DNA of 64,000 nt from positions 72,354,001 through 72,418,000 of the forward strand of contig NC_043003.1 in NCBI RefSeq assembly GCF_006345805.1. Direction: 5' to 3'. The translations under genes were made by a program, and so were the position numbers. This stretch comes from Octopus sinensis. Taxonomy: Eukaryota. Under the pieces are notes generated by a model. It ran no database searches. It saw only the letters and a list, made by a program, of their open reading frames with translations, and was not told where the DNA came from. Positions 1 through 11,955 of the stretch are shown piece by piece (the stretch's first letter is position 1; each line of letters starts with the position of its first letter).

Positions 1-365
1 GTCACTGGTCTAATATCTGAATATGTCTCGTTGAGAGATTTAGGAACAACAATGTTTCGATTTATTAGATCAGTGGCTGTGAGTTACTTAAAAAATTATA
101 TATATTTTCGAACGGGCGTTTTGCAGCGCCGTCTCAGCCACGAAGTATAGTCTGTGCCGACGAAGGGAAATAATCCTGAAACCGTATGGTCCACAGATAC
201 GGCTTTGTTCTGGCTGGGGGTGCTAACCTCCCCTGTTCCCCAAAATATAAGGATACAGATTGTGAGTCGTGTAGCCAGCTGGATAAGATGTCTCCTGGGG
301 CAAGACAACAGTAGAATTTGCCCCTAAACAGGACTGCGACATTAGGTTGGTAAATAATCGTTACT
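1..365 (+). mobile_element. PLE-type terminal repeat (pLTR) fragment carrying a hammerhead, abutting (TA)n
   Basis: Contains a complete HHR at 145-200 and ends directly in a TA microsatellite, like the other pLTR pieces here. The element class is inferred from this. Confidence 0.55.
145..200 (+). ncRNA. Type I hammerhead ribozyme (U4C core variant)
   Basis: Stem I TCTGTG(151-156)/CACAGA(192-197). Core CCGACGA. Stem II AGGG/TCCT with loop AAATAA. GAAA. Stem III ACC-GTAT-GGT. GUC site with C191 as residue 17. Confidence 0.85.
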
Positions 366-379
366 TCATATACATATAC

Positions 380-436
<57 letters not shown>

Positions 437-465
437 CATATATGCACATATATATATACACATAA

Positions 466-496
<31 letters not shown>

Positions 497-1060
497 TATA
501 TACATATACATACATATATATTAGTATATATATACATATACATACATATATATTAGTATATATATACATGTATATATATATATTATATATAATATATTAT
601 ATATACTATATATATACATATATATACATATATATATACATAGTATATATTATACATAGAGAAATTATTATGTATATACTTAGAGACATACGCACAAATA
701 TACTTATATATATATATATATATTACATGCATATATGTAAACAGAAATATATATATATACATATATGTGCACATAAATATATATATATATATTATATATA
801 TATATATACATATATATATGTACACATAAATAAATATATACATATATATTACACATTAATATATATACATATATATATATATGTATATATATATACATAC
901 ACATATATACTTATATATATATATATATATAAGTATATATATATAAGTATATATATATATAATATGTATATACATTGATACACGCACATATATACATATA
1001 TATATATATATATTATATATATATATAATATATATACATACATACATATAGATATATTCA
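366..1060. repeat. Compound (TA)n/(TACA)n microsatellite
   Basis: Direct reading. It accounts for the YI-rich ORFs in this interval. Confidence 0.97.
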
Positions 1061-1569
1061 AAACAGACATAGAGGTAGATACACAAACATATGCATATCA
1101 GGAGATTTACGGATATGATCCAAAGAATTTCTGATGTGTTTGAATCTATTTCAGTGCGTATATATATATATGTGTTCGGTTTGTCCTTACACAGAGGCCA
1201 TCCGGATTCCCGTTTGCGCCGTGAACAGGAATTAATCTTCTCTCTTCGCTCTTATACGCCATTTGGTCTCAACTCTCCCCCCCCTCCTCATCTAACCCCC
1301 TCCCCCCTCACCTATCCTTTCTCCCCCCGACCCCTACTTCTTCAGTCCTTCATCCTTTCACCCCTACTCCCCTTCCCTTCTTCCCTCTTTCTCCCTCCCT
1401 CTTCCCCTTCCCTCTGCTCCCTCTCTCCCCTTCCTTCTCCCCCATCCTCTCCTCTTCCCCCTTCTCCTCCCCCTCTTCTTCCCCTCCCCTTCTCTCCCCC
1501 TCTTCTCCCCCTCCCCCTCTTCTCCTCACTACACCACATGACTTTACACATCACATCACATATGATGTG

Positions 1570-1890
1570 CCATACTAATACACACACCAACTAATACATA
1601 CTAATACGTACTAATACATACTAGTACATACTAATACTTACACCAACCCTATACATACACACGTCCAGACCCCGCATACGCACTTATACTCTCTCACACA
1701 CACACACACCTATACATACCAATACGTACTAATACATACTAATACATACTAATACATACACCAACCTATACATACACACGTCCAGACCCCGCATACGCAC
1801 TTATACTCTCTCACACACACACACACCCTTATACATACTAATACATACACCAACCTATACATACACACATCCAGACCCCTCCCACGCACT
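1570..1890 (+). repeat. Imperfect tandem repeat, about three units of 90-120 bp, inside the PLE UTR
   Basis: CCTATACATACACACRTCCAGACCCC recurs near 1650, 1765 and 1855. Confidence 0.85.
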
Positions 1891-2062
1891 TTTAGCTGGT
1901 CCCTCAACCCTTTTATCAACCCTATTATCTCCCCTTATTTCGCTCTCGCGTCTCATGTTTGATCTTTGACCTCTGGCCGAAATCAGATCGCCATGTTGAT
2001 TCGTTAGCTACTGCACGCATTTTTTTTCTCTCCTTCTTTCTGTGTTTTTCTCTCTCTGTGTA

Positions 2063-2100
2063 TCTTTCTGTTGAAGAGCGTAGGCTCGAAACGTTAAAGA
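2063..2100 (+). ncRNA. Minimal type I hammerhead ribozyme
   Basis: TCTTT-CTGTTGA-A-GAGC-GTAG-GCTC-GAAA-CGT-T-AAAGA. Stem III is the loopless palindrome ACGT. The core has A6U. Confidence 0.8.
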
Positions 2101-2197
2101 CTTGTTTTATTTATATTTCCTGAGCGCCATACTAATACAATTGTTCGTTTGTTTTCCACCTGCCTTCGTCTTTTGTTTATTTTCATAAAGCTTCCCG

Positions 2198-2237
<40 letters not shown>

Positions 2238-2829
2238 TATGTGTGTGTGCGTGTGTGCGTGCGTGTGCGTAAGTGCGCGCGGCCGCGTTTGTGTGTTTGC
2301 GTGTGTGCGTGTGCGTGAGTATATCTGTGCACATGTGTGCGTAAATCTGTGTAGAATGTATATTATTAGGGTCACAAAGCATTGCTACTATGAGTTTGTA
2401 GGTCACATTAATAAGGTTAGTATCACGAACACGTGCGAAATCATCATGACAGATTGAGGCGGACAGATTATTACAAACGCTGGAAAACAAAAAGGTCAAG
2501 TGTTAATTGATATTTGCACATTATGGAATTGTTTTATACACACATACACATTCAAATGTTTACACACAGCTGTGCTTTCATGTATGTATGTATGTATGTA
2601 TGTATGTATGTATGTATGTATGTATGTATGTATGTATGTAGTATGTATGTATGTATGTATGTATGTATGTATGTATGTATGTATATGTGTATGTATGTAT
2701 GTATGTATGTATGTATGTATGTATCTTTATAATTCAAAACTTCTATCGAAGCGTGTGTTTGAGTCTTGCTCATGCAGAATCCTAAGTTGGCGCCTCAAAG
2801 AAATACTGCTTCAGTTGAGAAAATTATCT

Positions 2830-3734
2830 TAATATTGGCACAACTAAAAGAATTCGTCAAAACACTTTTTTCAAAAAAAACTTAATTCGTGCCATGAAGG
2901 AATAAAATCACGCTTGAGTAGAAAATATGAGATTTCATCATTCTGCTTACCTTGAGCATGAAGTACCTGATGAAATGAAGGTTCTACTGGAAATTTCACA
3001 AAAACTGCCATGACATTTTATTAATGACTTCTCCAAGTTTATTGAGTGTCTAAATACACTGCTTGTTGTTCTCGGTGCGGTCACGTTCATGAAAATAAAA
3101 GATAATGAGCCTTTTGTCATCATAATTTACAGTGTCGATCATTGGTTCTTGGACTTCTAATGCCAGCGCTTGTTAGATCGGAAAAAAATACGTCTTCATT
3201 AGCTTGAAACGTTTCCAGCGTATCAGAGCAGACTTTCACTTTTCCGTCCTTGAAATCAAGAGTCAGCTGTCGAGATATCAAGTTTGCCCCCACTTTTCCA
3301 TGCCCAAATCCATCCAGCGTTTTTTCTTATGCATGGTCCGAGCTTGCTGCACAATCGTTCGTATGAATCAATTCGATCACTCGCTGACGATTCATGTCAG
3401 TGATTATAATATAATGGTCTCCTACCCGTGGATTACCTTTAAAATAGATTTTCCGATTTTGGAACTTCATCTAACTGTTATCATTACTCTTGTAAATGGT
3501 ATTCTCTCACTAAACAACCAATACCCCTCTGAGGATGTCGGCTGCTTGCACACTTCTTCCGTCAAGAACTCGAATACGGCACTTGTTTCTTCTTGAAACC
3601 TCTTTAGTAGCCCAGAAAGAAGAGTTACATTAGAGGAAGAGTTACTCCACCAACATATGCAATTTGAGCGCCATGTATCAATCAGTTAATTAAAGTTATT
3701 CCCTTTTTACATTTGTTTCGATATAACCCTTGTA
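2830..3734 (-). mobile_element. Heavily decayed mariner-like transposon
   Basis: Minus-strand remnants resembling the mariner N-terminal HTH region (SAVFEFLTEE) and catalytic segments, with many stops. Confidence 0.45.
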
Positions 3735-4358
3735 TCGTGGTCTTAGGAAGACACAGTGATCCCGGTACACAGTTTAACTATTTAACTATTAACAATTATA
3801 CTGACATCAGATAATTAAACTATTTATGCTGAATAACATGATTGTATCATATAGACTTTCGTATGAACAATAGATAAGTGAAATATAGTTAGAGAAATTA
3901 AGAAGCACCAACAAAACTACACTGAAGGGAGAAACCAGAAAGAGACCGATAGAATATGTACCAGGCTTTTAAAAAAGAAGTACTGGGGTCGATTCATTCG
4001 ACTAAAAGATTTTAAGGTAGTGCTCCAGAATTGCCGCATCTAATGACAAAAACAAGTAAAAGATAAAAGACACTCGTATGTTACGTGAGAAACAAATACA
4101 TAGATGCAAATAATTCGGTGGCCTACGAGGCAAAAGCAAAACTAAAATGAAATGTTTCTTGTAACATTTGGTGGGGATTATCGGAAACTTGGTGGCCAGT
4201 AAAAGTAGGAGTATCACTGATACTTGTTTCTTTACGAAGGAGCAGCTTCCTTTCATAGTGAGATGTTTATGTGATATAAGTGAAAGTCAATCTATATACA
4301 CATATGCACGTGTATATACTCACATACATACATACATACATACATAAATACATACATA

Positions 4359-6050
4359 CACTTGCGTCGGAAATTAATTAGCACTTCTCAAATTTCTACA
4401 TTTTCTTAATTTAATTAACTTATTATCAGAAACGAACTCGTTTTTAATCAAAAATTTATTAAAACATATCCCAGCACACCACATAATTGTTATTAATCGT
4501 GAAATTTAGTCAATATCTTGTTGCTCCTCCTTTGGCAGCAATGACAGCTGCTACGTGGGTCAGCATGCTGTCTATGAGTGCCTGCAAGTACTGTGCAGGG
4601 ATGGCCCCCCATGCAGCAAGAAGTGCCCCAAACAGCTCGTGTCGGTTCCTGTATTGTTGCACATTCAAATCCCTACCCAATCGACTCCAGAGGCTCTCAA
4701 TAAGGTTCAGGTCAGGTGACTGGCCAGGCCAGTCCATGACCGTCACCCCATGGTCCTTGAAGAAACCGGTTGTGAGCTTGGTTGTGTGGGAAAGCGCGTT
4801 GTCCTGCTGGAGCAGTACTCCTCGCCACCAAAGAGGTATCCCGTACTATCTCAACGTACTTTGCTGCGTTGATGTTGGGCATAGAGCCGCCCAACACCAC
4901 TGTAGCTGAACGCCCCTCACACAATCAGACCACCCCCACCTTACTTCATGGTGGAAGCAATGCAGTCTTTGTTGAAGCGCTCACCCCTGCGGCGTCGCAC
5001 ATGGACAGGCTTGTCACTGACGAGACTGAATCGCGACTCGTCAGTGAACATCACTGTCCGCCACTGCTGCACGGCCCATGTCTTGTGGGCACGGGCCCAG
5101 AGCAGCCGCCTCTTCCGGCTTTGGGCTGTAAGGAGCGGCTTACGGGTGGCCCTACAGGATTTTAGACCAGCTTCCAGTAATCTGGTCTTGACGGTGGTTG
5201 TAGACAACTGCTTCCCTGTCACCTTTTGCATCTCCTCCGCCAGTTGCCGGTTCGTTGCCCTTCGGTTGTACAGTGACTTTCGGATCAGCATCCGGTCCTC
5301 CCGCTGGGTCGTCAGCCTCTTCCGTCCCCTACTCTTTTTGTCAGCTGCTGATCCGGTTTCCTCGTATTTCTTAAATAAGCACTGAATTGTGCGCCTGGCT
5401 ACACCAAGTTTTCTGGCTATTGCAGCCTCCGACAGCTTCCCACGCCACGAGAGAGCCTCGTACCGTCTCTCCAAGGTCATGCGAGGTCTTGGGCTCATCT
5501 AGGAATGAACGATAAAAACCAGTTATTTTCATTAAATCTATTCATTTGAATAACGTTATGCTATAACAAAACTGCTATGAGTTATTATACATTAAACAAA
5601 AAAGAAAGAAAGCAGAATTTCTCATCTTATTTGATGTATAACAGAAAGTTTTGTGAACCGGAAGTGACGTCACGAAGCAGAGTGTAGGAGAATTTGTGAG
5701 GAAAAAAAATCTTGCAAATACACAAATCAATTAACCTACGAGCTGTTCAAAACGTCTTACGCGATGAGAAAACTTAGTACGGTGTGATTTCGGTCCTTGC
5801 GAGGCGCTACCTATATCTATTAAACAAAGGAAGATTTGTCTGCATCCGCACTCCAAGTTGTTGTTGCACTGCTATGTCAACATCATTAGGATGTAGACTC
5901 TCAAACCGCTCTGCAAACAAAGTTACGTCATCGTTCTGCGCAACAGTGAACTCGCAACAAAGCAATAGTTCGAGATATGGCCACTAGGTGACAGCAAATA
6001 CCTTGAGTGAAGAGCAAATCAAGGGTGCTAATTAATTTCTGACGGTAGTG
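4359..6050 (-). mobile_element. Tc1 (DD34E-type) DNA transposon with TIRs, inserted at TA within (TACA)n
   Basis: TIRs CACTTGCGTCGGAAATTAATTAGCAC and GTGCTAATTAATTTCTGACGGTAGTG, both flanked by TA. A transposase lies between them. Confidence 0.95.
4510..5498 (-). pseudogene. Frameshifted Tc1 transposase
   Basis: HTH (IARKLGVARRTI), RKPLL, VMFTDESRF, QQDNALSH and WPGQSPDLNLIESLW, split across reading frames. Confidence 0.93.
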
Positions 6051-6163
6051 TACATACATAAATACATACATACATACATACATACATAAATACATACATA
6101 CATACATACATACATAAATACATACATACATACATACATACAGACAGACAGACATGCATACAT

Positions 6164-6480
6164 ACAAGGTAGCATCAAAAAGTTCCCGCACTAGCGCGCC
6201 AACAGATGGCAGTGGACAGTTGTGAGCGAAGTGAAAGCTAGCAGTGACCTTGGTGAAGTAGTGTGTCGATTGACATTGCTGTGATTACGTCGCGAGTTGT
6301 GAAATTCGTGATTTTGAGATCACGTGTATGCTGGCACCGGCGCTTCAAAAACGGTAAAACGTTTCTGGAAGACGATGAGCTATCTGGAAAACCAGCTACG
6401 AGCGCCACCTCTGGAAATGTGGAAAAAATTCATCAGCTTGCGCATGAGGATCGTCGGAAGACAATCAACAACGTTTTGAA
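6164..6480 (+). mobile_element. Mariner 5' fragment (same family as 42397-43204)
   Basis: TIR-like CAAAAAGTTCCCGCACTAG followed by WHRRFKNGKTFLEDDELSGKP. Confidence 0.8.
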
Positions 6481-6547
6481 TCGTTTGGGGGAAGACATAT
6501 GTAGATATGCATATACATTCCTACATTCATACATACATACATACATA

Positions 6548-6707
6548 CGCAGGAGTGGCTGTGTGGTAAGTTGCTTGCTAACCAACCACATGGTTCCGGG
6601 TTCAATCCCACTGCGTGGGATCTTGGGCAAGTGTCTTCTGCTATAGCCCCGGGCCGACCAATGCCTTGTGAGTGGATTTGGTAGACGGAAACTGAAAGAA
6701 GCCTGTC

Positions 6708-6757
<50 letters not shown>

Positions 6758-6963
6758 ATATGTTTGTTTGTCCCCCTAGCATCGCTTGACAACCGATGCT
6801 GGTGTGTTTACGTCCCCGTAACTTAGCGGTTCGGCAAAAGAGACCGATAGAATAAGTACTGGGCTTACAAAGAATAAGTCCCGGGGTCGATTTGCTCGAC
6901 TAAAGGCGGTGCTTCAGCATCGCCGCAGTCAAATGACTGAAACAAATAAAAGAGTAAAAGAGT
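6548..6963 (+). mobile_element. tRNA-derived SINE, family A, full length
   Basis: A box TGGCTGTGTGG, B box GGTTCAATCCC, internal (TA)n(TG)n, tail GACTGAAACAAATAAAAGAG. More than 10 copies occur in the window. Confidence 0.92.
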
Positions 6964-7006
6964 ATACATACATACATACATACATACATACATACATACA
7001 TACATA

Positions 7007-8108
7007 CACACTCCTCGATATACGACCTATTTGACCAACGAATACTTACATTTAAGTCCACTTTTATTCCCGCGTGCGCACACACGTAATTTCTTCTGGC
7101 ATTCAACAGTTATTCACTGGCATGTTACATCTTACAACCACTCACAGTTAGGACCAGTATTGTTCACCCGATCGCACGCGCAATTCCTCTAGACGTCCCT
7201 TATGATTCGCACACCTCAGATTTAAGTATTCTTCCATCCACTTTTATTAGTTACTCCAACCTCATGTTTTTGGTTCCAAAGTCATTTCTACTTAAACACT
7301 CGTTTCACAACAACCTTAGGATCCTTCTAAAGACTTATTACACCAAAGAATACCCGTAAAAGTACAATTTTTCTAATTCATTACCACAGGTGAGAAAGTC
7401 ACTAGTACTACACGGGAGAAAGTCACTAGTACCACAGGTGAAAAAGTCGCTAGATTTAGTGGTTGAAATTATCATACTTAACCACGCACATGTTTTACAG
7501 GTGTCTTATTAAGGTCAAGGAAAGGGTTTTTATAGCAGTACAAGATTCAGGTGGATTGCAATGTTAACAAAGAAACGACAAGAATATATCTAAGAAGACA
7601 TTGTTGATGCTCTGTATTGAAGATTGCTTACGGAAATGTCTACATGTAAGCCTACAATCAGTTCGACGAGCGACTCGAAGCTTTTACGAAACTTTGAGGG
7701 TACGATTGAGAAATGAATACTAAGAAAACTTTCAAAGCAACAATGGACAGTTTAATAGTTTCAATAAATAAGCAAATAAATAAATAATCTTCAGAACGTC
7801 CTAATAACAAGAGAAGCAGTTAAGTGCTGATGTATTGAGAAGTTTATAAGGATTTAGATTAATCTATCAGAGAATGATATTTATGAGAAAAATGTAAACG
7901 AGATTTACTTATTTTGGAAGAGGATACATGAACGAAGTTACATATACGAAGAAGCAAACATTGTGCCTGGATTTAAGGTTTTTGAGGACCAGGTTACACT
8001 TACTTAGAGAGAATTGATTGGTAGGTGGATCACTGTCATTTGACGATGACGGTTCAATTGTTCGTGAAACGGAATTATCCGTCTTTAGTTTTTTCTGCAA
8101 ATTTCGAC

Positions 8109-8110
<2 letters not shown>
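7007..8110 (+). mobile_element. Decayed pogo/Tigger-like DNA transposon
   Basis: An FKAxNG-like CENP-B HTH end near 7730, and RSYIYEEANIVPGFKVFEDQVTL near 7930-8000 (compare Tigger RTYI..EE...PGFK..KDR.TL). Confidence 0.55.
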
Positions 8111-8140
<30 letters not shown>

Positions 8141-8190
8141 TGTATGTATGTATGTATGTATGTATGTATGTATGTATGTACATATATATA

Positions 8191-8490
8191 TGGCCCAGTG
8201 GTTAGGGTAACGGACTCGCGGTCGTAGGATCGCGATTTCGATTCCCAGACCGGGCGTTGTGAGTATTTATTGAGCGAAAACACCTAAAGCTCCACGAGGC
8301 TCCGGCAATGGGTGGTGGCGATCCCTGCTATACTCTTTCGCCACAAATTTCTCTCACTCTTTCTTCTGTTGGCCTGCTCGCTTAGCCAGCGGGGTGGCGT
8401 CATTTGAAGGCTAAAACAATGCGAAGCGCATTGTGACCAGCGATGTGAAGCAACATCTGATAGCCTTGTCGGTCACGGTGATCACGGTGA
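8191..8490 (+). mobile_element. tRNA-derived SINE, family B
   Basis: GGCCCAGTGGTTAG...TTCGATTCCC head and TCACGGTGA repeat tail. Confidence 0.85.
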
Positions 8491-8825
8491 TATATACATA
8501 TACATATATATTTCAATATAGATTTCCAATAAAAGGATAAACCATTTTTTTAGTACAATTAACATCAGTAGTAGAAATCAAAATAATTACGTTATTTCCC
8601 TTGGTTTTGTTTGTGGCATAATGAAGTTAGGGAAAAAACGTATATCTAAAGCCTACAATAATTTAGAGAGTAGCAGAGGAAACTAGTGGGGTCAAGAAAA
8701 AGGAATGGTGATAATTTATCATTATCTTTATTTTATTCAAAAAATTTTATGCAGCATATAGTCTACAACCCTTTCGAGTTAAATCCATTTGGGGTTGACA
8801 GTTCAGTTATACACACACACGGACG

Positions 8826-8873
<48 letters not shown>

Positions 8874-9256
8874 ATATAAAGTATGTTTTAAAATGTATGG
8901 GTTATTTTCGGAGTGGTCACAGAGAGCCAATGCGAAAAGAATGGAGGGTACAGGAAGTTGAAACGCAAATCATAGGCAGTCAAATAGATTCCCGAACGCA
9001 TAAATGAAAATATCCAAGCAATGTAGTTGAATCGTATATATTTACACATATCAGCACAAATCATGCATGTACAGGCGTAAATATTCTTCAAGGGTACAAA
9101 GAATAAAACAAAAGATACAGAAAAACTTGGAAGAAATATAAAGATACATAAAAATACATATAAAACTACATATAAATAAACTTTACATGTAAGGAGTTAT
9201 GCGTGATAAATACAGGTGTGCAAACATTTGTAGTGATATATATATATATATACATA

Positions 9257-10529
9257 TCAGGTCATCCCATAAGTTCTGTCTGAATTTTGAATAAAGAAAA
9301 CAAGTGATCAAATGTTATATTTAATCATCAATGTACTTTCCCTGATTATCTATGACTTCCTTTCATCTATGTACAAGCTTTTTAATCCCATCAATGTAAA
9401 ACTCTTTTGGTTTCAAAGCGAAGAACTCTGAAATGTCAGGTTCGACCTCCTCCTGGCTTGCGAAAGTTGTCCCCCAAATGATTCTGTATACTATGAAACA
9501 AATGGTAGTCTGAAGGAGCAAGATCGGCAGAATTAGGTGGATGAGGAATTTTTCCCAACCAACCTCTTCGATATTCCGTGATATGATCTTTGCAGTGTGG
9601 AGTCGCGCATTGTCCTGATGAAACATCACTCCTTTCCCATTCACTAAAGCGGGTCGTTATTTCTTCAAAGCTTGGTTCAAGCGCTCTGATTGCTGACAGT
9701 TGACTTGAGTATTGATTGTTGCATCAGGTGGTAACAATTCAAAGTGAATTACTCCTTTGCAAACCCACCAGATAGAAAGATGAACCTTTTTCCCATAAAG
9801 TTCCCTTCTCGGTGGGGTTGAGTTTTTTTCCCTTTTACCAAACCACTGTTTACGACGTTTAACATTTCGATAGAAAATCCATTTTTCGTCACCATTCACA
9901 AGTCTATCCAAAAAGGGGGAAATGAGTTCGCGAGAATGGAAAGAAGAGCAGATATCAACTCAGGATTTGCGGTTGCTTTCGGACAATTCATGACTCATCC
10001 ATTTTCCAAGTTTAGGAACCTTTCCAAGTTGTTGAAGATAACGATGAACAGTTGTATGGTTTGAACTAAGCTTTATTGCCAATTCTTCAACTGATAATGC
10101 AGGATTTTCTTCAAGTAATGCCTCATGGAGCTTATCAGCAATCTTAACTGGACGTCCTGTTCGATTTTCATCGTCAAGGCTGAAATCTCCACTTCTGAAT
10201 TTTGCAAACCATCTTCTGCAAGTGCTTTCATTCAAGCATTCTTTCCCATAAACTGAGTGTGCTTCGAGTCGCTTCGGTTGCAGAGTTTCCTTTTTTGTAC
10301 TCATAAAGCCTCAAATGCTCTTTGAATACTTCAATGTTAGAAAGGCTTTTAATCAAAGAAATTTTAATTCTATTATTCTGTAAAATAATAAAATAATATA
10401 TTTTATTAGTTTAAATGTACATAAATGCATAAAAATAATTTTAAATTCTATTAGGTATTCTAAAACATTATTAAATTTCATTTAATTCTAAAAAAGGTAA
10501 ACTCGGACAGAACTTATGGGATGACCTGA
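9257..10529 (-). mobile_element. Full-length mariner (DD34D-type) with disrupted transposase
   Basis: TIRs TCAGGTCATCCCATAAGTTCTGTC and GACAGAACTTATGGGATGACCTGA with TA flanks. Motifs WMSHEL, GDEKW, HQDNARLH and DLAPSDYHLF. Confidence 0.95.
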
Positions 10530-10584
10530 TATATATATTATATATATTATATATATTATATATATATATTATATATATTATATA

Positions 10585-10625
<41 letters not shown>

Positions 10626-10692
10626 TATTATATATATCATATATATATATTATACATATATATATATATATGTGTGTGTGTATGTATATATA

Positions 10693-10812
10693 TCACCGTG
10701 ATCACCGTGACCGACCAGGCTACCAGATGTTGCTACACATCGCTGGTCACAATGCGTTTCGCATTGTTGTAGCCTTTAAATGACGCCACCCCGCTGGCTA
10801 AGCGAGCAGGCC
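10693..10812 (-). mobile_element. SINE family B 3' fragment (a related tail lies at 11150-11263 +)
   Basis: Reverse complement of about 8370-8490. Confidence 0.85.
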
Positions 10813-10846
<34 letters not shown>

Positions 10847-11032
10847 CTTCTCAGCCTTCTTGGTGACTCCAATTTCTTCATTGATATACTCACATGCGAC
10901 GAATACCCAAAAGTAAACTTGAAAATATATAATAATGCTACCGGATAGTATCGGGTAACTCTGATGGTGGATGAGCTTTATATTGTACTCTGCCACGTTC
11001 ATAACGGAATATACCATAAATATACACACACA

Positions 11033-11155
<123 letters not shown>

Positions 11156-11955
11156 ATGAGAAAGGCGTGATCCAGAGATGAGTGGACAGCGTGCTGTGAC
11201 CAGCGGTGTCAAATGGACGCCTGACGGACTGGTCGGTCAAAGTGATCAAAGTGATCAAAGTGATATATATATATATGTATATATATACACACACACATAA
11301 TACAGGCTTCCATCTCTTAAACATATTAAGATATATATGTGTACAGAAGAGGTGTGTAAATTTATGTGTCTAGTACATATATAGTTTTGTACCTCAATAC
11401 CACCTTAACAGCTGTATAATGCAGCATTTATATACATCTCTAAATAGAACTATAGATTCTTACTTTGCACACTGTGACTTGTACAGTTGTCACTTTAGAT
11501 TGCAGCATCTCACAGTCTCATCCCCGCCCGCCACCTATGTTGACATCCTCACCTGAACTAAATACAGCTTACACTTTATCTGTACATACAAATGCCTACC
11601 ACCTGCACCAGTTTCTAAAACATGAGCCATTCATACTGAAGAGCCGAAGATAACAACAAGCAAGTTACACACGTGCTGTTGCATTGCACAGATAATGATC
11701 AACGTACACATATACTCATGTGTATACTGTCAAAGCTTCCATGTCTAATGTACCATTAATCGTGTGTGTTTGTGTGTGTGTGTGTGTGTGTGGTGTGTGT
11801 GTGTGTGTGTGTGTGTATTAGATATAAGTATGTATGTGTAAGTGTATACGAATGTATGTATGTATGCTCCAGCATGGCCACAGTCATTGGACTGAAACAT
11901 ATAAGAGAATATATATATATAATGTATATATATATTATATAATATTTACATATAC

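Larger units (their letters stand above)
1171..2200 (+). mobile_element. Penelope-like element 3' end: GIY-YIG C-terminus, pyrimidine-rich UTR and pLTR
   Basis: 1171-1276 reads [34 protein letters not shown], matching the R-x-x-RE...I..L....P.GLN end of PLE endonucleases. HHR at 2063-2100, then a T-rich tail and (TA)n. Confidence 0.85.

Noticed and set aside
134-1086. Many YI/YV/HT/CV-rich ORFs here and throughout the window
   Set aside because: They are translations of (TA)n, (TG)n, (TACA)n and (GATA)n arrays that lack stop codons.
1280-1594. Proline/serine-rich tail of the 167-aa ORF
   Set aside because: It is a C/T low-complexity UTR. Only 1171-1276 resembles a real protein domain.
1570-1890. 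Repeat-spacer-like array
   Set aside because: The units are imperfect tandem duplications with no unique spacers and no cas genes, in a eukaryotic context. Not CRISPR.
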